The notes under the pieces were generated by a model. The model worked only from the letters and a program-made list of their open reading frames with translations. It was not told where the DNA came from and ran no database searches. The translations under genes and the position numbers were made by a program. From Octopus sinensis (Eukaryota), in NCBI RefSeq assembly GCF_006345805.1, contig NC_043008.1:75826001-75890000 (forward strand): a stretch of DNA of 64,000 nt, read 5' to 3'. Below, piece by piece: positions 25,526 to 37,700 of this stretch; the stretch's first letter is position 1, and every line of letters begins with the position of its first letter.

Positions 25526-26703
25526 CTATGTAGAGTCCCTGTCTGTTTGATGTTGGTATATCTAACAAGCATATGCTTCAGTAAGAAATTACGGAAAAAT
25601 AAGAAAAATGGAAAAAATACCTTTACTGACATTAATCACCACATACAATCAATAAAAAAGAAATAGTTTACAATAATATATAAAATGAACTAGCTTGTAG
25701 TAAAACTAATATTTAGAAAAAAAATCAATTTATTGTTTCACTTCCTATAAGAAACAGATGTTAAAGTTTATCGAAAAATTTAGGAACTGAAATTAAAATA
25801 TGGAAAATATCTCGCAGTTTCCTACACATTCAATGAATCTTCTTTAATATGTTTTAGTGTAGTAATTTCTTCCAAAATTAGTCTTCGTGAAGTTATATTT
25901 CAGGTGATATGTGAATTCTTGTCACAATGTTCATAAATCCATCTCCGATGTTCTGGAGTTAAGTCTATACATTAAGTGGGATTGAAGGTTACAGGCCAGT
26001 TGCAATTCATTTATGCACATATGTATGCACTCAGCACGTATTGTTCTACTAATACATTAAGTATAGTGTTAGCTCTCTCATATATAATATAGCGAGTAGA
26101 AAATCTTTCATTTGAAGCAGCCAGAAGACAAAAACTTCCTCTTGCTTTCATGAAGGTTAGATGGTGAGGGCCTCTACCACTACTTAGATACCTAAGCACA
26201 AAAAACAAGGAGCAAGAAAGTTATCTCGAATATAATTGTAAGTGAACTATTTAAAATCTAAAGACAATTGTGAGGATGGTGATTTTGTCTTCAACAATGA
26301 ACAGCTGTGCCACTTGAATATTAAATATACATAGACAAAGTTCTAAGAATTATAAATCAGATAAAATTATCACTTTCTACTATGCTGTACTTGTTTATTA
26401 TAACATATTTAGCTGTTATTAGAAACGATTGTGTGTTATAAGAATGGTTGAAGATAGCAAATATTGACATTAAAAGGTCAAAAATAAAAACAATTTTGAA
26501 TTTATAAAAGCGTAAATATAAATGAATATTTGACGTTTATTTACTTGCGGATACGACTATAAAACCAGAGATCAATAAAACCTTTCGAAAGTAATTACAC
26601 ATTTGCTTTAAAAAAAATAAAACCTGGACAGTAGTATACCATAGATCATTGTCTTTTCGTGTTTGTTTTTGTTTTGTTTTTAACTCGTTGTTATTTTACT
26701 TAC

Positions 26704-26878
26704 ATTTTTGTAGAGATTGATTCTAAATATTAGAGAATTTAATAGATTTTCCTTTACAAATTCGGACAATATGTTTATGAAAAGCAACAGGTGCAAGGGA
26801 AACTTGCGCCTGTTGGTCAGAGTATTTTGTATATAATAACAAAAATAGGAAAAATCGCTGTCTTGTAATCCTTGATAA
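26704..26878 (-). CDS. Candidate exon A (YQGLQDSDFSYFCYYIQNTLTNRRKFPLHLLLFINILSEFVKENLLNSLIFRINLYKN)
   Basis: Acceptor ttttatattctactctgtaattaatag, consensus donor AAT|gtaagt, open frame. Confidence 0.33.
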
Positions 26879-27071
26879 CTATTAATTACAGAGTAGAATA
26901 TAAAATATTTATTACGACTGAATATACTGTGAAATTCCGTGAAGTACAAAATTATCATTATATAACATGTATGACTGTGGATATGTATTTTCGATCTTTA
27001 TTATAATGGAGGGGAAAATATAAGAAATACGGATTTATCTAATAGTCTTATTTGCAAAACATTTGATTTCT

Positions 27072-27303
27072 GGTGAACCCACCCCGCGGCATCTTGAGCA
27101 AGCGTCTTATTTTATAAACTCTGGTTGATTAAATCCTTATGGGTGGATTTAGTAAACGAAAACTGAAAGATGTCCATCGTAAATATATACCTATTTCTAT
27201 GTGTATGCATCTTTGTCCCATACTACCACTTGACAACGAGTGTTGGTGTGTTTACGTCTCTATAACTTAGTGTTTCGTCGAATAATATATATATATAGAA
27301 TAA
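27072..27303 (+). mobile_element. Family B SINE, 5'/middle part (interrupted by Helitron; continues at 28855-28950)
   Basis: CATCTTGAGCAAGCGTCTT (CORE-like), GGATTTAGTAAACGAAAACTGAAAGA, CTTGACAACGAGTGTTGGTGTGTTTACGTC. Confidence 0.75.
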
Positions 27304-28854
27304 TCTCTCTATATATAAAACTGAGAATATGTGTCTATCTGTCTGTGTGTTTCCCTAAAACTTGAGAACTACACAACCAATTTTATTCAAATTTTACACA
27401 TGCCTTACTTAGGGTCCATGTAGTTTCATGGGCAAAAAATGTTCAACTTCTTGCCTAGGGTGAGCAATATCATATCTCTCCACTATTTCAGTATTACGTG
27501 TTAAAAGTGGAGCAAAAACATTCTTTATTTTATGTCAGATACTTTCACTTTAACAATAAAAATTAGAGATAATAACAACAATTGAATTATATGTAGTAAG
27601 TAATAATTAAAATCAAACTAAAGTGTAATATAATTAAATCGTAACATAACAATTAAAAGTAAAAATAGCAATTGGTATAATTGCATCAATGACTTGAACT
27701 TGAATAAGTGGTTTCACATGAATGGGAATAAATTAAAAATAAAATTAGTCTGCAGAAATGGAATAGTCCAGATGGAGCTGTGCACAGCTATTTAGCTATT
27801 ATATGAAGTTTGGCTGAATGTAATGTATGTTTTCTCGAACAGCCGCTTCTACTGAGTACTGCTGCTGGTTTATTTCTTATACATAAAGGACTATAGCTTC
27901 AACTGCGTACTGCTTTTTGATTCACCGTAAGGTTTGTTGTTATTATTATTATTACTGTTTAACTATTGTTATCGCGTTTGTTGGTTCCTCGTAAGGGAAA
28001 CGTTGTTGTGTTGCATTTGTTAAATAATTGTAAACCGTAACCCTCCCCCTTTGGGAGAAGGAGATTTGGTTATTATTTAAAAATTGAATTGTGTCCCTGT
28101 TTGGGGAAATTGACAATATTTTCACTTTTATACGGAAGCATTTTTGTTAAAATGCCTTCGATAGTAGAAAGTCCAAAAATGAATTTCGCTGCAGCCGTCA
28201 GCGGGCGCGAACTCATTAAAATTAAAATGGAAGAAATACAAACCTATTTCGGATTGATCCCCGACAAAGACGGTGAATCTAGGATAACATCACCAAACGA
28301 AATAAAAAATTAAAGAAAAGAAAAGACTATTGTCTATAAAGTATACAACGTAGAGAAAAAAAAAGATTTGATCACCTGGAGGAAAGCACCATCGAAAAGT
28401 GTCTTGGTGCAACTATGAAAGATATCAAGTATCTAACCAGAGGCGGTAAATTCGCAACAATAGAAGCAAGGTTCGAGTCAACGGAGCGTGCAAGGGAGTA
28501 CTCGACTCGAACCTTGCAAAGTGGAAATATTTTACTTTTACCTTTATATCTGCAACGTAGGATGTCCCGGATAAAATTTTAAAATGTCCTCCCAGACGTA
28601 AAGATTAGCTGGATTGTAGCCACACTTCTATATAAGAGGGAGGACAAGATACAATTGATCGAAATTGCCTACAATTCCAGTCTGTTATATATTTTGAGTA
28701 TTGCTATCACTAGCGATATCAAGATATAACTTTGTATTTTGTATTTCATGTGTAGATGTATATATATAGATGTACATGTAATATGTACACATATATATAC
28801 ACATATATACATGCACTGGCACTATCACCCGGCAACGCCGGGTCATAATGCTAG
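27304..28854 (+). mobile_element. Non-autonomous Helitron-like element with internal Gag-like cargo
   Basis: 5' A|TCTCTCTATATATAAAA..TCTGTCTGT; 3' hairpin ACCCGGC-AAC-GCCGGGT, then 7 nt, then CTAG|T. Confidence 0.75.
28140..28680 (+). pseudogene. Decayed Gag/ORF1-like sequence (homolog of 34210-34976)
   Basis: ..KDIKYLTRGGKFATIEARFESTERAREYSTRTLQSGN..LPLYLQRRMSRIK.. aligns by eye to ..KDVSFFTRGKTYASVEITFVSEEAARKYANKTLTGEN..FPNHLGRCPTRIR.. Confidence 0.65.
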
Positions 28855-28950
28855 TATAGAATAAGTATTAGGCTTTAAAAAATGTACAAATTTCGATTTG
28901 TTCCATTAAAATATTCATGGCCGCAGTCCAGTGAGTGAAACAAGTAAATG
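28855..28950 (+). mobile_element. Family B SINE 3' part resumed after the Helitron
   Basis: ATAGAATAAGTATTAGGCTT..CATGGCCGCAGTCCAGTGAGTGAAACAAGTAAA. Confidence 0.75.
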
Positions 28951-28989
28951 TTAAAGGATAGAAGAAGTTGGTTTTATGACATATTGTGG

Positions 28990-31450
28990 GCGCTAAATGC
29001 AAGAACATAAACAACATCTTCTGTTTAACGTTTCAACTATATTTAAAGTACGAAAGGTAAAAAAAGGCAAAATTACCCAAAGAGAAAAAGATCTGTCAAA
29101 CCTTAATGAAACTACAAGACAATCAACACTAAAAAGCAACAAGAAGAGAAGAAAAATATTACGTAAATACAAAATTACAGAACACGAAATACCTGAGATA
29201 AAAGAACAGCTAAAGCAAGATATCCTCGCCAAAGCACGACGAATCCGCCGGTATAAGTAACTCTAAGGTAGAGATGAATGCAGCATCAACAGCAAGAGGA
29301 AGTGGAAGATGTTTGGAAAGAAATATAGTGGTTGAAGGGACAACCTCAGAAAATCTTTATCAAAATAAAGAACTCAGCACCTGAACAAATCTGGACCGCT
29401 ATAACAACTGAGAAGAGGTCGCCCAGGTACAGCAAAAGCTAAGCAACTGGAAGGAACCCGGGCATGATAAGATCCCCAACTGCTGGCTAAAATATATTAC
29501 AGGAACACATAAAAAGCAGGCTGAGAAATTTCATGAAACTCTATCTGATCCAGAGACTGCCTGAATGACTCACAGAAAGGAAAACTATCCTAATTCTCAA
29601 ATCCACTAAAACAGCAAATCCACAAAATTGCAGACCGATAACTTGTCTCCCTACAATTTACAATACTTTTACTGCTATTATGTCGCAGAGAAAGAAAAAG
29701 TATCTGGAAGAAAACAACCTGTTTCCAGAAGAGCAGAAGGGATGTTTCAAAAGCTCATACGGCTTTAAACATCAGCTATTGAGCAATAAAACCATAACTG
29801 AAGACAGCCGCAGAAAGAAGCGTCTAAGTATGGCCTACATCGTTTACCGAAAAGCTTTTGATAGTGTTTCCCGCACATGGATCCTGGAAACACTACCCAT
29901 GAAGAAAGTAACACCAATAATCATAAAATATATAAAACATTCCATGAATAAACGGCAGACAGTGCTACAGCTCCAGTTAAAAGAGAGACTCATAAAAATC
30001 AAAGCCATCCCCATTAGATTAGGAATATTCCAGGGAGACACACCCTCAACACTCATTTTCTGTTTGGTACTGACACCGTTATCTGACATACTAAATAGAA
30101 CTGGATGTGGATACAAATGTTGCGAGAAAACAATTAAGCACATCTTATATATGGATGATCTAAATTTGTACGCTACAAACAGCTGGAAATATTGCTACAG
30201 ACAGTACATGGATTTACAAAAAAAATAGACGTGAAATTTGGTTTAGAAAAATGTGCCAAAGCAACCTTGATAAGAGAAAACTATTTAAGAGTAGCAAATT
30301 CACACTAGATAAAGCAAACGAAATAAGAGCATTAGACCAAAGCCAGTCGTACAAATACTTAGGCATCAATGAACTAGATACGATCCTACACACACAAATG
30401 AAAGAGAAAATTAAAAAATAATACTACAGGCGAGTTAGATTATAATGAAAACGGAGTTAAATGCGAAAAACAAGATAATAGCCGACCCATTTATAAGTTA
30501 CAGCTACAATATCCTTAACTGGAAATTAATAAACTGATCAAAATAGATAGGAAAACAAGAAGAATGACAGGATGTAAGAGGAAAACAGTTTTCAGTCATT
30601 AGGGAAGCTGATGAATACAAAAAGGAAGTCATGGTACCAAACAGCTATGAAGAAAAGAAAATCTGTAAAACAAGTGGAATCGAAACTAAAACCGGAACAG
30701 CAACGGATCATGATAGACGATGGCAAGAAAAGCCCCTTCATGGCAAATACTGGGTTAAACTAAACGCAAAACAAATAGGCAAAGCAAAATCCCAGCAATG
30801 GCTAAGAGGCTCAGAACTCTTGATAGAGACTGAAGAATTTTTATTGCAGCACAATACCAAAGCCACCTCACCAAAAATGACCAAAACTATATAATGAAAA
30901 GAAACAGAGGTAACCGCAGAATATGTGGAGGTGGACAAGAACCAATAAACCATATTGTCTCTGACTGCCCAGTCCTGGTTATGAAGGTATATAGTCACAA
31001 ACATGAAAGAGTTGGAAGTTATATATACTGGAAGCTATGCCAACACTTTGGAATAACAACAGAAAAAATGGCATAGGCATACACCAGAAAATGTCACAGA
31101 AAATGAGAAAGCAACCATATTATGGGGTATGCCAATACACAGATATGAAGTTGTCAGAGGTCATCACGAAAATTATGCTTTCTAATCGATGTATCAATAC
31201 CAACAGATGACAACGTGTCTCTAAAAGAAATGGAGAAACTTTCAAAATACAACGACCTGGAAATAGAGATAACTCGAATGTGGAATCTAAAAACAAAAGA
31301 ATTCCTATCATAGTAGGTGCATAAAGTATGAAAAAATGAATATTCGAAAAACACATTTCAAAACACCAGAACTAACAAGTATATATAACATACAGAAGAT
31401 ATCGCAATTAGGGACCACACACATCCTACCTATAACACTTTCAATTCAGT
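28990..31450 (+). mobile_element. R4/Dong-clade LINE, near full ORF, decayed (RT + CCHC + RLE)
   Basis: EEQKGC..QLL..YRKAFDSV, GIFQGD, HILYMDDL, WQEKPLHGKY, RICGGGQEPINHIVSDCP..HERVG..WKLC, LIDVSIPTDDNVSLKEMEKLSKYNDLEIEITRMW; many frameshifts. Confidence 0.92.
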
Positions 31451-31539
31451 AGAAATAAAAACATCACAACAGACAACAGTACATATCCAAAACACACAGA
31501 GCTGCGATAGGTAATGCAATGAATGCACGTGATAAATAT

Positions 31540-32410
31540 AAGACTACATAAGAATACTGATAATAAAAAGAGCAAAAGATCAACTACTGACCAATAAAGA
31601 CATAGCTGAAGACAGCCGAAAAAAGAAGAAAGGTCTAAGTATGGCTTAAATTGATTAACGAAAGGTTTTGATAAAAGATTATTCCACAGCATTGAGCCTA
31701 GAAACGCCAAGCATGAACAAGGTAGCACCAATAATCATAAATTGTATTAGACTGTTTGCCATGAATAAATGGCAAACAATCCTAAAACCCATGAAAACCA
31801 AAGCCACCCCCATAAGAAGAGGAATATTCCAGGAAAATACACTCTCTTCATTTATTTACTGCAGGGCACTGACACCTTTATCTGACATGCTACACATAAT
31901 TGGATGTGGATACCACTGTTACGGCAAAACAATCAACCACTTCTTGTATATGGATGATCTAAAACTGTACGCTACGAATGATAAACAGCTGGAAACATTT
32001 CTACAGACAGTACATAGATTTACCAATAAGATAAATATGAAATTTGGCTTAGAAAAACGTGCCAAAGCAACCTTGAAAACAGGAAAACTATTTAAGAGTA
32101 ACAACATCGAACTAGAAAAACAAATGAAATAATAGAATTAGACAAAGGGAATCAATGAACTAGATACTATCCAACACACACAAATGAAAGAGAGGATAGA
32201 ATAAGGAATACTACAAACGAGTTCGTTAGATATTGTAAACAGAGCTCAATGTGAAAAAACAAGATTATAGGTATTAACACTGTAGCTGCCCGACTTATAA
32301 GTTACAGCTACAATATTCTTAACTGGACGCTAAAAGGGCAAATCAAAATTGACAGAAAACCAGGAAACACAATGACAGGATATAGGATGCAGCACCCAAA
32401 ATCTGACATG
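31540..32410 (+). mobile_element. Second R4/Dong RT fragment of the same family, in tandem
   Basis: RGIFQENTLS..ALTPLSDML..HFLYMDDLKLYATNDKQLE..MKFGLEKRAK; homologous to about 29740-30570. Confidence 0.9.
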
Positions 32411-32699
32411 GCGCCCAAAATCATTCAAAATATGAGATTCTTTCGTTTTTGCTGCCCCACATCCTAGAAATATGAGATTCGCTGCACTTATCTATTTGGA
32501 ACTTGGTGAAAACTTCTCAGATTTTTACTAGGCGTTGTATATTGAAAACTCAGTACCTCCTTTCAGGTCACTTTTTTTTAACCATTTCCAAGTATTGTCT
32601 TGTCTTTTCCTTCGACTTCTCTGAGGTGTTGCCCATGCAGTGATTTCATTTTTGCAATTCTTTTTTCTTTCTTTTTCATCTTATTCCTTAAATATGTGT

Positions 32700-33800
32700 G
32701 GGTGCATCACACCTTTGGTAGGTATTGAATTGTTAATTCTAACAGCAGCAAGCAATTATTCACTCTGTTATTCTCGTTGACAACACAGATCTTGCATCCT
32801 TTGATACCTCTTCTTCCCATGTTCCTAGGCATATACAGTCTGTCAGTATCACTTTTGTGATGTAGTTCCTTGTTAATTGTCATCACTTTTCTAGTTTTCC
32901 TGTCCATTTCCTCAAGTTCGTTCTTTGTTCACCTAAAAACGCCTGCACCGTATTACATTAAGAAAATAGCCCAAGTGTTCATTGCCCTGATTTTGTTTTT
33001 TTCCATTGACCCTACTTCCCATAATTCATTTGGTTCTGCTGAAATTAAGCTTTCCTTAATTTTATTTTCCTTGTTTTTGAAATATTCGGAAATACCGAGA
33101 TAATTATATCCATTAGTTACCGTATCCTTGCGGCTGGTTCTACACCATCACACGACAGTTCTTTTCCATTTTGTATTATAGGTATAACACACATTTTAGT
33201 CCCAGATTCCATTCCGATATCCTTACTGAATATCTGCCCTAATGAAACAAGGCCATCTATTTCAAGGTCGGTGTTCCCAAATATATTTATGTTAGCCATA
33301 TATAACAGTTGATTTAGTTTTCCTTCTCTTTTCAATGTGTATCACGATATTACTTTCCGTAGAGTCTGTGTGAGGGGTATCATACAAATCCCAAACAGCA
33401 ATGGTTTTCTTCTTGAAATATGCCTCTCGCATATTCATTTCCGGGAAAGATATACACATAATTAGATATTATCCCTCTCATCAGCTTCCACATCAGGTGC
33501 TCGCAGGTGATAGACCGGTTTTTATCCACTGCATTGACTTTATTGAAATCGCTTTGGCGAAGAATTGTTTAACCTATGGTCAGAGACTTTGAGATTTGCG
33601 CCCCGTTGTTGATCATTTCATCAATTTGCGTTGCTATTCTTCTGTATAGTTCTGGGAAATTCTTCAACCAATAACGGGCATTTCCAGTTCGGGATGTTTG
33701 TTGTCTGTTCGGTCAACATTTCAATCATTAAACTAATATTGCTCTGTTTCGCTTCATATTTTTCCGATCTTAATTCCCTCAACCATTTAGCATCTTTAGA
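32700..33800 (-). mobile_element. Third R4/Dong RT fragment (different subfamily), opposite strand
   Basis: RSITCEHLMWKL, LLYMANINIFG..FSKDIGMESG, YLGISE, NKIRAMNTW, MDRKTRKVMT..HKSDTDRLYMPR..GRRG. Confidence 0.88.
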
Positions 33801-34209
33801 AAATTACTATTTTTAAATCTCACAACGTGAGATATTCAGCAACAGTACTTTGTAGTAAAGATTGTTTGCCAACATAACATGGCAATCCCGGTCTAGCACG
33901 AATGTTGCTGTAATTTAGCCCCAGGAGACATCGTCTCCAGCTGGTTATACTACACGATCTGTAGCCTTACATATTCGAACAAGAGAATCTAGCACCCCCA
34001 CTCAGCTCAAAACAATATCTGTACATCGTGATTTTCGGGTTATTTCCCACATGCAGGAACAAAAAGCACATGAAAAGATGAATGTGAAATGAATAAAATT
34101 ACAATGCAATGTAATGAGATGGAGAAAATGAAGACATATGCGACAGCGACAGGGAGTCGGGCTTCCGTCGTCCCAGGCCTGCAGAAGCAATACGAAATGC
34201 GCTGGAATG

Positions 34210-34976
34210 AAGGACATGGCTAAGAAATTTGGAAAATATCTAGAGATGTTACAGAAGGAGGGGCCAAACGTAAAGTTCACCCCATCAGAGGAGGAAAAGG
34301 CGAAAATGAAAATTAAGTTGGAGGAATATAGCTCGTTTTCAAGGAAAAATAAAAGAATAGAGAGCGCAAAAAAGGAGGAGGTGGAAGAGTATTTGAAGGA
34401 ATTAAAAGATGTGTCCTTTTTCACAAGAGGCAAGACATACGCGTCTGTAGAGATCACATTTGTATCGGAGGAGGCAGCAAGGAAATACGCCAATAAGACG
34501 TTAACTGGAGAAAATTGGATGCTCTTTCCCAATCATCTGGGTAGGTGTCCAACGAGGATTAGGGTGAGTAGGATCCTGCCGAAAATAGAGTCGGAATGGG
34601 TAATGGCAGCAATTTTTTTTCTGGAAAAAAGGAAGACGTAGAGGTAGTTATGATAACCAGAACCCAACAAATAAATTATTGGGGGTATGGTTTCGAGCTG
34701 GTTTTCACAGCAAGTCAGAGAGTATATGATATCATACCGGAGACACTGGAACTGCCAAACGAAGACAAGCTGGATATAGTGTTGGAAGGAACACCCCCAA
34801 AGTGCTATAAATGTGGCAAAGGAGGTCACATTAGAAGAAGGTGCCCAGAAATAGTGGAAAATATAGAAATGGAAACGCAAGAAGGCGTGATAAAGGAGAA
34901 GAAAGACAGACAGGAAGAAGAACAGAGAGCTGATTTTGAGGAGGCTAAGTCAAGGAAGAGAGAATGGAGGAGCTAA
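34210..34976 (+). pseudogene. Gag/LINE-ORF1-like protein with RRM-like region and CCHC knuckle; one frameshift at a T8 run
   Basis: ORFs 34138-34641 and 34596-34976 join at the T8 run (34613-34620); CYKCGKGGHIRRRC at 34803-34844; acidic/basic tail; no RT or endonuclease ORF follows. Confidence 0.75.
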
Positions 34977-37224
34977 TTGCCGAAAGTTGAACAAGGAAAG
35001 AAATATAAATCACAAGATCAAGTGATATGTCATGGGACTTTCACAGTTGTGTTGATTAGGATCATGTATATTATCTTATCATATGTAGGATAATGTTAGA
35101 AGTAAACATTTTGAAGTGGCGAAATGGCAAGGAAAATTGTAACGGATTTCTAGTGACAGTAGATGTAATTAAGAATGTGACTATACAAAGGTCAGAGTAA
35201 TGAAAAGAAGTTCATTACAGCAGAACTAGTCATTTGATTAGAATTGAATCTATATATATGATTCATAGACATAAGTGACCGAGAGGAATTGTCGCTAATA
35301 TATCTCAGTAGATAACGAATGTCAGTACTATGGGATATAGATATTAGTATAATGATTGGGTTAGTCAACGGTAAACGTTTCTGACTATGCAACAATGTTA
35401 AACAAATTATGAAGTATGACGTAAAATATAACGTACTCATTTGTGGTTATTTTTGTGAAATTTGCTTCTTTGATTTTACTTTTTGTTAAATTCATAACTA
35501 TTCGTCTAAGTTGATTTAAGCTTACTGGCGAAGACATCTAAGTTTGCAGATTAAGTTTTCCACAAGTAGTTGAGATGTGTAGGAAATTATGTTATGCTGT
35601 TTATAAAATGTGGTCTTATAACCTGCAATGTGACGTGGATATTGAAAATCTTTTCTTGTGATAAATAAGATATTAATTGTTTGGGAGTTATTTAATCAAT
35701 TACATTATGAATAATCGTTATGTATTATGTAAGATGTAAGATATAACAGGAAATATACGACAAAATAATGGGGTTATTGAAAACAAATCCTAAAATATAA
35801 TATACAATATAATAACTCGAAATATTTTCTGAATTCAAAAGTTATTATTGTGTTAGACATATTCTTTAGATACAAAGTGATGATGATTAGCTGACATGAA
35901 GAAAGAGAATTGCTGATATAACTGAGAAAGATATGGACGGTATAATACATATGGATACACACTTTAATTTGATAATCAAATAAGGAATGACAGAATATTC
36001 CGTTGCAGGAAATATCAAATGCTCAAAGTAAAATCTAATGTACAGAATTTTGATCCTAGAATGGCGTATGTTAGTGTAAATTAAGTTGAAAATGCATTCA
36101 TAAGCGCAAGTCGATTTATCGTACATTAGTCAGTTAGATTACAACGGCAAACAGAAATTAAAGTCATTTTACATATCTTTCAGAAAGCTGTAGTTATTTC
36201 TTCTCAATATGATAGAAATGATTGCATTCGGAATGTCAACACAGACTGTCTTCATGAAAGAATTCACTACTTTGAAACTTGTATTTAATATAAGAGCTAT
36301 TGTATGTTTATAGTTTTGTGTATATTTTCAAAGGAAATATCTTCCCATGTTCATTACATAATATAGAGATTTGTCTCCTGCAAGAGACCTTTCAGTTAAA
36401 TTATCTTGTAAATATGGCAAGGTTTTATTGATTACATTAATATACTGCTTCAGCATTTTGCTGCTAATATATATTGCGCAATTTACTCAATACAAGAAGA
36501 TGCTATCAGAAAGCAAATTTTTGGTGACTGCATTTAATAACTTCAAATTTAATAGAGCTCCATACCAATTAGCAATGAAGTACTATATTATACATTTATT
36601 ATGAGTGAGAATGCAACACTAACTCTTATCTTTTGACTAATCACTATGTTAATAAGATTGAATAAAATGTCCGTTTTCTAAATATTTTAGACATTTGACA
36701 AAAATTAAGATGATTATTACAATTTTATATGTACTGATGATAAAAGAACATTGTGAGGAGGGTGGAGATGTGTTGTATTCAATAAGAATAAGGGACAGCT
36801 GTGTAAAACTATAGGCGCAATAGACTACATGAAACAAAACAAAACCAAGTCAAATTTAACTTTCCTGTATTTATAGCAAAATATTTGCAACGGAGAACTT
36901 CGATAGAATATTTCACATCTGAATATGATTAACAAATGTGTAAATAAATATCTAAGGAAAATTCTATAAGTTCTTTATTGTAGTATAACGGTGGATAAAA
37001 CATGTTAATGTTTACGAAATGTAAAAATTTTAAATGAATTTATTTGAATAAACATTTTTTAATGGCAGTCAACTTGTATTTACGTTAAAAAAATCAAACA
37101 CGAACATTCATGAGTGAATAGAGATATAAATAAATTCCAAGTAGGTATAAACACTCGCGTATACATACGTACACACCGGCATACAGACATACATATATAT
37201 ATGTATATATGTGTGTGTATTTAT

Positions 37225-37277
<53 letters not shown>

Positions 37278-37289
37278 CATATATACATA

Positions 37290-37322
<33 letters not shown>

Positions 37323-37664
37323 ATATATATATATATACACATTAAAATAAATTAATATGGAGACGGATTTGAATACATTTGCTTCCATTCATTTCGAAAT
37401 GAAGCTCAAATATGAATATCAAAACAGTGTTTGAATGTAGCAAATAAATACGTTCAAGAAAATGTGTCATAAATCGCCAGAATATAAATGGAGGACATTG
37501 TAACGTCGCGAGAAATTTGAAAAAAAGAGTGTTACAAAACGTCAGCTTAATGCGCGCCTGTATGTATGTGCATGCATGTATGTATCTATGTATCTATATA
37601 CATGTGTGTGTGTGTATGTATATTTATATTTATATATATCTATATATATACACATACGCACAAC

Positions 37665-37700
<36 letters not shown>

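Noticed and set aside
26011-26191. Minus-strand exon candidate RYLSSGRGPHHLTF.. with a strong acceptor
   Set aside because: It is open only in phase 2, which does not match the phase-0 donor of exon A, and it has no convincing donor before its stop.
16577-26878. Naming the candidate gene (RGS22/RGSL-like or CatSper-auxiliary impressions)
   Set aside because: Only vague helical resemblances (for example ENLFLLY, HLLLFINILSEF) were seen; this is not supportable without a profile search, so no symbol is given.
34605-34630. Programmed -1 ribosomal frameshift at U UUU UUU in the Gag-like ORF
   Set aside because: No downstream stimulatory structure was seen, and the homolog at about 28620 reads through the equivalent position in one frame; a homopolymer indel is more parsimonious.
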